Made by a program: the position numbers and the translations under genes. This document shows, piece after piece, positions 36,517 to 44,213 of a stretch of 58,846 nt of DNA; position 1 is the first letter of the stretch; every line of letters begins with the position of its first letter. The DNA is from a virus (Duplodnaviria > Caudoviricetes). A model generated the notes under the pieces. That model saw nothing but the letters and a program-made list of their open reading frames with translations. It made no database searches and was not told the DNA's origin. The stretch spans positions 1 through 58,846 of the IMG/VR virus record IMGVR_UViG_3300035670_000241. One strand, written 5' to 3'.

Positions 36517-37092
36517 ATGGTAGCAACAGTTGAACGCCTATACACACGCCAGGTGCCAAAGAGCATTACCGGCAGCGAACTGATGTTTAAGAAATCAGCA
36601 AACCCGATGACTGGCGAAGATGTGCTGGGTTTGCTCGGGCAGGTTCAGCACCGGGAGCCAATCGGCGCTTTGGTTCTCGATGCGCAGATAGCTCAGAATA
36701 AAACGGCTCGGGCCAGATTGGTTGGTGCATTGCAGGCAACGCTGGTTCATTCCGGCAAGGGCGATGATTTGGCCTATACGATGGCTGAGGCTGCTGTTAG
36801 TGAAGTGGTGGACACTCACATCTGCGGCAAGTGTCACGGCACTGGTCAGGTGTTCAGCCGGAAGTTTGCGAAGATGTTTGAGTGCAGCCAGTGTGCCGGC
36901 GTCGGGCGGATCATCCCAAGCGAAGCGGTGTTGCTGCGGTCTATCAATCAGCACCTGGCCCAGCCATTGACCAAGGCGGAGTGGCAGAAGCGCCATTATG
37001 ACCATTACATGGATGCGGTAGATACGCTGCACCGGCATGCGGGGAATGCTGGTCGCTGCGCTCGTGCTTTGCTGGATGGGATGGGGGAGTGA
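36517..37092 (+). CDS. Q-like late antiterminator (zinc finger)
   Basis: CGKCHGTG/CSQCAGVG; position after rusA and before the late promoter. Confidence 0.65.
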   Translation: MVATVERLYTRQVPKSITGSELMFKKSANPMTGEDVLGLLGQVQHREPIGALVLDAQIAQNKTARARLVGALQATLVHSGKGDDLAYTMAEAAVSEVVDTHICGKCHGTGQVFSRKFAKMFECSQCAGVGRIIPSEAVLLRSINQHLAQPLTKAEWQKRHYDHYMDAVDTLHRHAGNAGRCARALLDGMGE

Positions 37093-37349
37093 GTATGCGC
37101 AATCCATATGACACATACCTGTGCAGGGAGCGCCAGTATTTCACTGTGCCTATTTATTTCGGCGACGTTAGGTTGGACATTTGCAAGCAAGCAATGCTTG
37201 AGCGGAAAAGCTTTGACCAGAATTCGGTGCAAGGGAAGCGATGGCAGCTCGATAGCGGGTTTGAGTGCGTTGAGGTTCCGGTGATGCTGCCAAAGCCAAA
37301 AGGCTGGCTTGGTCGGGCTGTGGACTGGGCGCTAAGAGTTGTGAGGTGA
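37089..37349 (+). CDS. Hypothetical protein
   Basis: Coupled overlap. Confidence 0.45.
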   Translation: MSMRNPYDTYLCRERQYFTVPIYFGDVRLDICKQAMLERKSFDQNSVQGKRWQLDSGFECVEVPVMLPKPKGWLGRAVDWALRVVR

Positions 37350-37350
37350 T

Positions 37351-37758
37351 ATGTTTCCAATTGAACCGAATTTTAATGGCTGGGAAGGTGAGGCGTTCTT
37401 TTCTGCGGTCAGGCGCACCAGAGAACGCGCCATGCAGATAGATCCGGCTGGGCATTTCAAATCAAGCTGTGAAAGGATGATGCGCGGTGAGTCTCAGCCG
37501 GTTGAAGTTCGCGGGCTTTACCATAATGGCTTCTGGATTGATGAGTGCAAGGATTTCAATTTGCACCACGTAGAGTTGATGCTTCATGGGGTGACTCCTG
37601 TTACCTACGTGTCAGCTGATGAAGCTCGTCACATTCCGTGGCGTCACCTTATCGGTCCACGCACAAAAAATGTTGTGAGACACTATGTTTGCTCAGCACT
37701 CCAGACTACAGTGCCTGAGTTGGATAAATTCGACAGCGATTACGTGAGGGAAGCGTGA
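37351..37758 (+). CDS. Hypothetical protein
   Basis: GAGGTG RBS. Confidence 0.5.
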   Translation: MFPIEPNFNGWEGEAFFSAVRRTRERAMQIDPAGHFKSSCERMMRGESQPVEVRGLYHNGFWIDECKDFNLHHVELMLHGVTPVTYVSADEARHIPWRHLIGPRTKNVVRHYVCSALQTTVPELDKFDSDYVREA

Positions 37759-38093
37759 AAGATTTAACCGGTACTCCAGACAGTGAAAAGCACAAGCATC
37801 TGAATTGGCATGTGCATGCCGATCCAATAAGCCAGCTTGCACATGACGCATCCATGTCATTAGCAGCAGAGACAGAAGCCGTTCTGAGGTCAGCTATTAA
37901 CACAAGGCTTGGCCGAAGTGATTGGCTGCTGAACGAAATTGCAGGAAGGCTCGAAGTTCATCACCCGCAAAACAAGCCTGGTGTTGATGTGTACCATCTG
38001 GATGGTAAACCGTTAGTTGAGTTTTATCCGCTGAAGAGTGAAGGTTCTGGAACCACGATCCGGATGCATCGCCAGTACAAAATGCACAATTGA
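37755..38093 (+). CDS. Hypothetical protein
   Basis: GTGA overlap, RBS. Confidence 0.5.
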   Translation: MKDLTGTPDSEKHKHLNWHVHADPISQLAHDASMSLAAETEAVLRSAINTRLGRSDWLLNEIAGRLEVHHPQNKPGVDVYHLDGKPLVEFYPLKSEGSGTTIRMHRQYKMHN

Positions 38094-38146
38094 ACTAATT
38101 CACAATTCTGCTACACCTAAAGCCTGACCAATCGCCGGAGCAAGGA

Positions 38147-38359
38147 ATGCTCTTCGACACAATCCCACGCGGCAGTCTGGCCGCAACACTCACCGCCGCT
38201 GACATGCTCAGCCGGCTGGAATCATGCCCCAATAAAACGCCAGAGCTGCGCCACGCTGTTGCTGTGGTCAGCCGGCGCATGCTGGATCCGCATCGGTATG
38301 TCGGGCGGGATGAGTTGGAGCGGTGTTGTGATCTGGTGGCTTGGCTTTATTTGAGGTAA
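38147..38359 (+). CDS. Hypothetical protein
   Basis: GGAG/AAGGA upstream. Confidence 0.45.
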   Translation: MLFDTIPRGSLAATLTAADMLSRLESCPNKTPELRHAVAVVSRRMLDPHRYVGRDELERCCDLVAWLYLR

Positions 38360-38394
38360 ATTCGGGACTGGTTTAGGTTTTTCAGGGATGAGTT

Positions 38395-39453
38395 ATGGGT
38401 GATATTTGGTTGTTGCTTGTAGGTGGCGCGGTAGCCATAGTGCTTGGCTTTGTTGCTCGCTGGGCCTTAAGGCTGGCACACTTTAAATACATAAAGTTTA
38501 ATCGGAGCCGAACGTTTAAAAAGCAGGTCCGCAGATACAGATATTGGGCTCCGGCAATTATTTTAGGGCTTCTGTCATTCCCCGCAATAACCTACCTTTT
38601 GAAGTTCTACAGTCACCCAATATCTTCAACCGCGGCAGAGTGGGGCCAGATGGGCGACTTCTTCGGAGGCATGCTTAACCCGATACTGGCCTTCGCCTCG
38701 TTCATCGCTCTGCTTTATACGATTCGGATACAGTCAAGAGAGCTTGAGCTTACAAGGCAAGAGTTCGAGAAGTCAGTTGAAGCGCAGCGTGAAATGGCCA
38801 CAGAAGCTAGGGGGCAGGTTCAGCTGATGGGTATGCAAAATGTGCTAAATACTTTTAATGCGTATTATGGAGTATTAGAGCGGACTATCGACAAGGATGG
38901 CACGAAAATTGGAGCTTTATCTATCCAGCATTATTTTTCATATAATCAATATGTATCCCCAGACGGCAATTATATTACTGATAATGTATTCATAAAGGAA
39001 ACGCTTCGAGGAAATGTTCTGACAGAATTGATGGTTATAAAGCAGTCAGTTTCTAGCTCATGCGTAAACACAGATTCTGTTAATGCACTATTTGAAACAT
39101 TGTTTTTTCTACATGCTCAGTTGAAGTTTAATGATGAGAGTGGCCTGTTTGATGCATTGGATAGGCATAACTCAGTTATACTAGGATGTGGGCGTTTGTC
39201 AGTGATTCAAATGAATCAACATATTATTTTTAATGTGTGTTTATACTACATTCTAATAAACCCACTCCACGAGCAACGCAAAAAAATAGTCGTTGACTTC
39301 GGTATTCTTGATGTGGTTTTCAGTAGGTTATCCAGCAACAAAGGTTTGAGTGCTGCACTTTATTTCATGCTTGAGTATGGACTTGAACCTAACGATAAAA
39401 AATTGCTATCTGGATATTCTAATCTTGTAGAAAACATCAAGTTTAAGCCTTAG
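38395..39453 (+). CDS. Membrane protein, putative abortive-infection-like cargo
   Basis: WGQMGDFFGG.LNPI..F..LLYT..IQ..EL..TR.E TM/coiled-coil module; very AT-rich C-terminal half. Confidence 0.6.
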   Translation: MGDIWLLLVGGAVAIVLGFVARWALRLAHFKYIKFNRSRTFKKQVRRYRYWAPAIILGLLSFPAITYLLKFYSHPISSTAAEWGQMGDFFGGMLNPILAFASFIALLYTIRIQSRELELTRQEFEKSVEAQREMATEARGQVQLMGMQNVLNTFNAYYGVLERTIDKDGTKIGALSIQHYFSYNQYVSPDGNYITDNVFIKETLRGNVLTELMVIKQSVSSSCVNTDSVNALFETLFFLHAQLKFNDESGLFDALDRHNSVILGCGRLSVIQMNQHIIFNVCLYYILINPLHEQRKKIVVDFGILDVVFSRLSSNKGLSAALYFMLEYGLEPNDKKLLSGYSNLVENIKFKP

Positions 39454-39459
39454 ATCCGC

Positions 39460-39495
39460 TTGACACTTCCAAAAACAAGCTTATTATTTCCCCAT
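39460..39495 (+). promoter_or_regulatory. Late promoter (pR'-like)
   Basis: TTGACA-16-TATTAT followed by two terminators, upstream of lysis and head genes. Confidence 0.65.
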
Positions 39496-39519
39496 CATCG
39501 GAGTTTTCTGCTCGATGAG

Positions 39520-39620
39520 AAAACAACCCCGGCAATCGCTGGGGTTTTTGCTTTTTAACACCCTGTTTTCTACACCCAGAACTTCTCGCCCCGGTCTGTT
39601 CACTCAGCCGGGGGTTTTTC
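39520..39620. terminator. Tandem intrinsic terminators (tR'-like)
   Basis: AACCCCGGC-AATC-GCTGGGGTTTTT and CCCCGG...CCGGGGGTTTTT. Confidence 0.7.
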
Positions 39621-39977
39621 ATTCTGGGCCGGTGGTAATTCGCACCAGGCGATTGGCCACTCGGAATCGAGAACAAGGAACACAGAATTAAGCTGGCTGT
39701 GATAAGCGCCCAGCATGAGCGTTTTGCCGCAGTACGTGGTAAAGCCGGAACCCAGAAAATCTTCGCCAGGGCAATAAGCGCTGATGCCTTCGATTTTCAC
39801 CCGGCGATATGAATCGTCGACCATCGCAATATCAATGAATCCGCCGAAGTGTGTTGGCCTGAAGTCATCGCGCAGCCTGACGTTCACTGTCTGGCCGCAC
39901 GCGAGGCTGTGCCCGGCAACAATGTGCGGAGCGAGTGTGACCACGCCGTAATTGAATCTGCGTCTGATGGTTGGCAT
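39600..39977 (-). CDS. Putative SOS-regulated 125-aa protein (weakly DUF5348-like)
   Basis: MPTIRRRF..HSLACGQTVNV..RVKIEG; LexA box and extended -10 directly upstream. Confidence 0.5.
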   Translation of the reverse strand: MPTIRRRFNYGVVTLAPHIVAGHSLACGQTVNVRLRDDFRPTHFGGFIDIAMVDDSYRRVKIEGISAYCPGEDFLGSGFTTYCGKTLMLGAYHSQLNSVFLVLDSEWPIAWCELPPAQNEKPPAE

Positions 39978-39992
39978 GTGACTAATTATTGA

Positions 39993-40008
39993 CTGTATAA
40001 AAACACAG
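39993..40008. promoter_or_regulatory. LexA (SOS) box
   Basis: CTGT-ATAAAAAC-ACAG matches CTGT-N8-ACAG and overlaps minus-strand TGCTATACT. Confidence 0.75.
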
Positions 40009-40028
40009 TATAGCAAGGTGGGCTTGAA

Positions 40029-40373
40029 ATGGGTGAGCACAAAGACCATGCGATGGAAGCTGACTTCGTAGCCAGCGGTTCTGTCTTTCCAAAAGTTACC
40101 GCGGCTCGCATCGATGAGCTGATGCAGCAAGTGACATTCAGCACTCACGTTGTGCCTGGTACGACAACCACGATTGCCACAGCAATGCTGCAGGTCGGTG
40201 CTGTTAAGTTCACGTTGGCCAATGAGTTCACCGCATGCGTTGATCCGCGCAACTTTAATGCTGAGCTGGGCGCGAAGTACGCCATCGAAAAAGCGGCAGA
40301 GTCGGCACGCAATAAGCTGTGGGAGCTGGAAGGTTATTCGCTGGCGCAGCAGTTTGCTGCAAAGGCGGCGTGA
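40029..40373 (+). CDS. N4 Gp49/Sf6 gp66-family protein (Acb4-like candidate sponge)
   Basis: ACVDPRNFNAELG..A..A.NKLWELEGY.L family signature. Confidence 0.75.
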   Translation: MGEHKDHAMEADFVASGSVFPKVTAARIDELMQQVTFSTHVVPGTTTTIATAMLQVGAVKFTLANEFTACVDPRNFNAELGAKYAIEKAAESARNKLWELEGYSLAQQFAAKAA

Positions 40374-40375
40374 TC

Positions 40376-40855
40376 ATGGATTTATACATTGGCACTAAAT
40401 TAATCAAGGCGGTTCCAATGCCGCTGGGCCAGTACAACAACCTGCAAGGGTGGAAGCTGCCAGAAGGTCAGGAGCCGCACACGCCAGGCTACCTTGTTGA
40501 GTATCAGGACGGCGGCAAACCTAACCACCCAGACTTTGCCGGCTACATCAGCTGGTCACCGAAAGATGTTTTCGAACGGGCATATCAGCCGACATCCGGT
40601 ATGGACTTTGGGATGGCGCTGAATGCCATCAAAGCTGGTAAGTACGTGTCTCGCTCTGGCTGGAATGGTCCTGGTCAATACATCTTTGGCATCGGCATGC
40701 CGGGCAGTGGTGATTATTGGACTTATACCAATGGCAAGAATGATAACTGCAAATTGGTGCCGTTCTTGGCAATCAGAACTGTTCAAAATTCAACTGTCCC
40801 TTGGCTCGCCAGCCAAACCGACATGCTGGCCACTGACTGGTACATCGTAGAGTAA
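40376..40855 (+). CDS. Fusion protein: N-terminal SWSPKDVFE domain + DUF2829/Tad2-like domain
   Basis: C-terminal half MDFGMAL..K.G..V.R.GWNG...W.ASQTDMLA.DW. Confidence 0.8.
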   Translation: MDLYIGTKLIKAVPMPLGQYNNLQGWKLPEGQEPHTPGYLVEYQDGGKPNHPDFAGYISWSPKDVFERAYQPTSGMDFGMALNAIKAGKYVSRSGWNGPGQYIFGIGMPGSGDYWTYTNGKNDNCKLVPFLAIRTVQNSTVPWLASQTDMLATDWYIVE

Positions 40856-40857
40856 CA

Positions 40858-41331
40858 ATGTCCACCCATAACAAACTCGCATCCCGCGGCATCATCGGTG
40901 CCGTGGCGCTTTCTGCTGCCCTATTGGTTATGCCGTGGGAAGGGAAAGAGAACGAAGTTTATCTGGATCCGGCAAACATCTTAACCAGCTGCTACGGCCA
41001 TACCGGCCCCGAATTAAAGCCGGGCATGAAGTTCACTGACGAACAGTGTCTGGATCAACTGGCAGCTGACCTGAGCAAACACAACCGGCAAATGCTGGCT
41101 GTGGTGCAAGTGCCGCTCTCCGAAGGTGAGCACGCGGCTTACCTGTCCTTTGTCTACAACGCCGGCGCTGGCCGGTGGCAGAAATCCACGATGCTGCAGC
41201 TGCTCAATCAGGGTAAGCGCAAAGAGGCGTGCCACCAGTTAATGCGCTGGGTTTACATCGGCAATCAACAATCAAACGGCTTAGTGAATCGGCGCAGGGC
41301 CGAAGCCAAGCTTTGCATGAGGGATTTGTAA
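40858..41331 (+). CDS. SAR-type endolysin (GH24 lysozyme)
   Basis: Hydrophobic N-terminal SAR; E-x8-D-x5-T triad (WEG..YLD..TSCYGHTG); GLVNRR. Confidence 0.9.
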   Translation: MSTHNKLASRGIIGAVALSAALLVMPWEGKENEVYLDPANILTSCYGHTGPELKPGMKFTDEQCLDQLAADLSKHNRQMLAVVQVPLSEGEHAAYLSFVYNAGAGRWQKSTMLQLLNQGKRKEACHQLMRWVYIGNQQSNGLVNRRRAEAKLCMRDL

Positions 41332-41819
41332 TGCGTACCTATCTGAAACATGGCCTGCTGGCCTTGGTCTGTTTATCCGTTCTGGCCCTTGGTGGCTTCT
41401 CCGCCTATCAAACCGTTGAGCTGTCACACGCTCAAGCCGCGATTGAATCCAAAGACATCACCATCAAAACCCAATCCGATTCTCTGACCGAGCTGACTGC
41501 TGCTGTCACTTCAATTTCGAATCAGGTTGGCGACCTGGTAACGCAGGCCGAACTGGTTGCCGCTCTCAACGCAGAGCACGAACAAAACAAACAGGTGATT
41601 GCCGACACAGGCAACGACTGGCTGACCAACTCCAACAAACTGCAGGTATCTGAACATGAACCCACGCGCAATTGGGCTGCTATGCCTTTGCCTGATGATG
41701 CTCGCCGGATGCTCATCGACGCCAGCTACAGTGGTCAAAACAGTCACGGTAAAGCAGCCAGTATACGTCCTGCCGCCTTCAAACATGATGGCTACTGGTT
41801 GCCCGCTACGGCCATTTAA
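41331..41819 (+). CDS. i-spanin (Rz-like)
   Basis: N-terminal TM, coiled-coil, WAAMPLPD motif. Confidence 0.75.
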   Translation: MRTYLKHGLLALVCLSVLALGGFSAYQTVELSHAQAAIESKDITIKTQSDSLTELTAAVTSISNQVGDLVTQAELVAALNAEHEQNKQVIADTGNDWLTNSNKLQVSEHEPTRNWAAMPLPDDARRMLIDASYSGQNSHGKAASIRPAAFKHDGYWLPATAI

Positions 41820-41964
41820 CGGCACCACAAATCTGGACCATCACCGGTACACCCTTCAGCTCATCACGGATATCAAACTATGCAATCTGGAATCCGAGCG
41901 GTATCGCAAGTGGCGGAGCACTCAGGTATGCATGAAGGAACCAGGCTTATGTCTGAAAAAGTAA
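41656..41964 (+). CDS. o-spanin lipoprotein (Rz1-like)
   Basis: Lipobox LAGC; overlaps the i-spanin in another frame. Confidence 0.75.
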   Translation: MNPRAIGLLCLCLMMLAGCSSTPATVVKTVTVKQPVYVLPPSNMMATGCPLRPFNGTTNLDHHRYTLQLITDIKLCNLESERYRKWRSTQVCMKEPGLCLKK

Positions 41965-42164
41965 CAGCCAGTGGCTCTTACATTACAGCTGGGGCAACTA
42001 CCGGCGTCGGCCTGCTCAGTTTGTCTGAGTGGGCTGTCGTCATCGGCATTCTGGCCACAATCGCAACATTCGTTTTGAACTACGTGGTGCAGGTCCGGAA
42101 GTTAAAAATGGATGAGCGGGAGCACGAAGCCCGCATGAAGCAGTACGAGGCTGAGACTGACTGA
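41949..42164 (+). CDS. Holin (HP1-like)
   Basis: SY..G...LSLSEWAVVIGIL..IATFVLN. Confidence 0.7.
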   Translation: MSEKVTASGSYITAGATTGVGLLSLSEWAVVIGILATIATFVLNYVVQVRKLKMDEREHEARMKQYEAETD

Positions 42165-42721
42165 TGACAGGTGCAGTAACAGCCTTTGGAGCGGAAGGAA
42201 ACCTCACCGCTAAAGAGGCTTTGTTTGTTCATCACTACGTGACCAACGGCTATAACGCCGCAGCAGCAGCCAGAGCTGCAGGCTTTGCGGAATCCTCCGC
42301 CAATACGCAAGGCGCGAAGCTGGTCGCTAAGCCCAGAGTGAAAGCGGCCATCGACGCACTGATGGCGCCAACACTCAAAAAACTGGATGTCACCAAAGAG
42401 CGGATCATCGAAGAGCTGGCTCGCCTTGCATTCTTTGACATCCGCAAGTGCTTCAACCCGGACGGCACTCTCAAAGATATCACCGAGCTTGACGACGACA
42501 CTGCTGCAGCGCTTGCCGGCATGGATGTGGTCGAGCTTGGCGAAGCGGGCGACAAAGAAGCTCTGCTCAAGAAATTCAAAGTCAGCGACAAAAAAGGTGC
42601 GCTGGAACTACTCGGCAAACACCTGAAGATGTGGACCGACAAAGTGGAGGTCACCGACGACAGGCCAAGAGTCGTGATCCGCGACTTAACCGGCAAGAAG
42701 AAAACAGCAGGTAGCGAATAG
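42164..42721 (+). CDS. terS: Terminase small subunit
   Basis: LTAKEALFV..YNAAAAARAAG; EELARLAF.D; KKGALELLGKHL. Confidence 0.9.
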   Translation: MTGAVTAFGAEGNLTAKEALFVHHYVTNGYNAAAAARAAGFAESSANTQGAKLVAKPRVKAAIDALMAPTLKKLDVTKERIIEELARLAFFDIRKCFNPDGTLKDITELDDDTAAALAGMDVVELGEAGDKEALLKKFKVSDKKGALELLGKHLKMWTDKVEVTDDRPRVVIRDLTGKKKTAGSE

Positions 42722-42722
42722 T

Positions 42723-44213
42723 GTGCAAACAACCTATGAGTTCGTTACCGCTCCGCAAGGCGATGTTCTAGCGGAGTACATGAGTGCACGCGGTCGCGTG
42801 ACATTCATTATGGGGCCAATCGGCTCTGGCAAAACATACGGCAGCTGCCAGCGCATGTTTGCTCAAATCTGCGAGCAGGAACCCAACAAGTCAGGCGTGC
42901 GCAAGTCCCGCTGGATAGCAGTGCGAAACACCTACCCAGACCTTAAAGGGACCACCATCAAGGACTGGCGAGAACTCTACGACAATGAGGATGTGAAGCT
43001 TGGCAAGTTCAATATGGACTTTCCGCCAACGCATAGCCTCGACTTCGATTTAGAGGACGGTACCAGAGTCGTCGCTGAAGTCGTGTTTCTGGCACTCGAC
43101 CGGCCAGACTCAGTGCGAAAGCTGCGCGGCTTGCAGGTAACCGGCTTTTGGCTCAACGAAGTCAAAGAGCTCAGCAAGGCCGTTGTCGATATGTGTGATG
43201 GCCGGCATGGTCGTTACCCGGACAACTGCAGCTGGCACGGCATGATAGGGGACACCAACGCCCCAGATACCGACCACTGGTACTACGAGCAGGCAGAGGA
43301 TGTGAAGCCTGAAGGCTGGACCTTCTTGCGTCAGCCTGGTGGTGTGATTGAGAAGGTGATCGGCACTGGTGCGAACCGGAAGTCTCAGTGGTTGCCAAAC
43401 CCGAACGCAGAAAACCTGAACAACCTGCCAGAAGGCTATTACATCAGGCAGGTGCAGGGTAAGAAAGACGACTGGATCCGAGTCAACCTCGGAAACCTGT
43501 ACGGCAATGTCAGTACCGGCAAGCCGATTTACGGTGGTACATGGAACGACATCAGGCATGTATCTAAACACCCATTAGCAGCCATTCCACGGCATCAAGT
43601 TCTGATGTTGGGCTTTGACTTTGGGCGCACGCCAGCCTGCATCATCGGCCAGCCGCTACCGAGCGGAAAGCTCAGGGTTATCGAAGAGCTTATTGCCACC
43701 GGTATGGGCATCCGCAAGTTCATGGATGAAATGGTGATGCCGGCACTGAAAACAAAATACAGCCGGTTCCCGCTGTCGCGCATTCAGGCATTCGGTGATC
43801 CAGCCGGGATTGCAAAGAGCGGTAACGACGAGAACAGCCCGCTCGGCATTCTGGTCGATGAATACAAGCTCAACGCTTACCCGACAGCCAGCAACTTACC
43901 AGAGCGACGCTGGGAAGCGGTGAATTACTACCTGACCAACGACATCGACGGTCAGCCAGCTTTTGAACTCAGCCCTGATTGCAGGGTGCTACGCAAAGGC
44001 TTCAACGGCGGTTACGCATTCCGCCGGATCAATTCCAGCGGTGAGCGCTACACCGACACAGCAGATAAAAACAGTTACAGCCATCCGCATGACGGCCTGC
44101 AGTACCTCTGCCAAGGGGCGCAGGGCATGATTGATTACGCATGGCGAGACAATCACGACGCATCCAACCAGATGGGTCAAACAGTCGGCCACGACAAAAA
44201 AACAGGTTACTAA
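42723..44213 (+). CDS. terL: Terminase large subunit
   Basis: Walker A GPIGSGKT, WLNE, GFDFG, HPHDGLQY. Confidence 0.9.
   Translation: MQTTYEFVTAPQGDVLAEYMSARGRVTFIMGPIGSGKTYGSCQRMFAQICEQEPNKSGVRKSRWIAVRNTYPDLKGTTIKDWRELYDNEDVKLGKFNMDFPPTHSLDFDLEDGTRVVAEVVFLALDRPDSVRKLRGLQVTGFWLNEVKELSKAVVDMCDGRHGRYPDNCSWHGMIGDTNAPDTDHWYYEQAEDVKPEGWTFLRQPGGVIEKVIGTGANRKSQWLPNPNAENLNNLPEGYYIRQVQGKKDDWIRVNLGNLYGNVSTGKPIYGGTWNDIRHVSKHPLAAIPRHQVLMLGFDFGRTPACIIGQPLPSGKLRVIEELIATGMGIRKFMDEMVMPALKTKYSRFPLSRIQAFGDPAGIAKSGNDENSPLGILVDEYKLNAYPTASNLPERRWEAVNYYLTNDIDGQPAFELSPDCRVLRKGFNGGYAFRRINSSGERYTDTADKNSYSHPHDGLQYLCQGAQGMIDYAWRDNHDASNQMGQTVGHDKKTGY

Noticed and set aside
39978-40148. Extended N-terminus of ORF 39600-40148
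   Set aside because: Overlaps the Gp49-family gene and crosses the LexA box and promoter; ATG at 39977 is preferred
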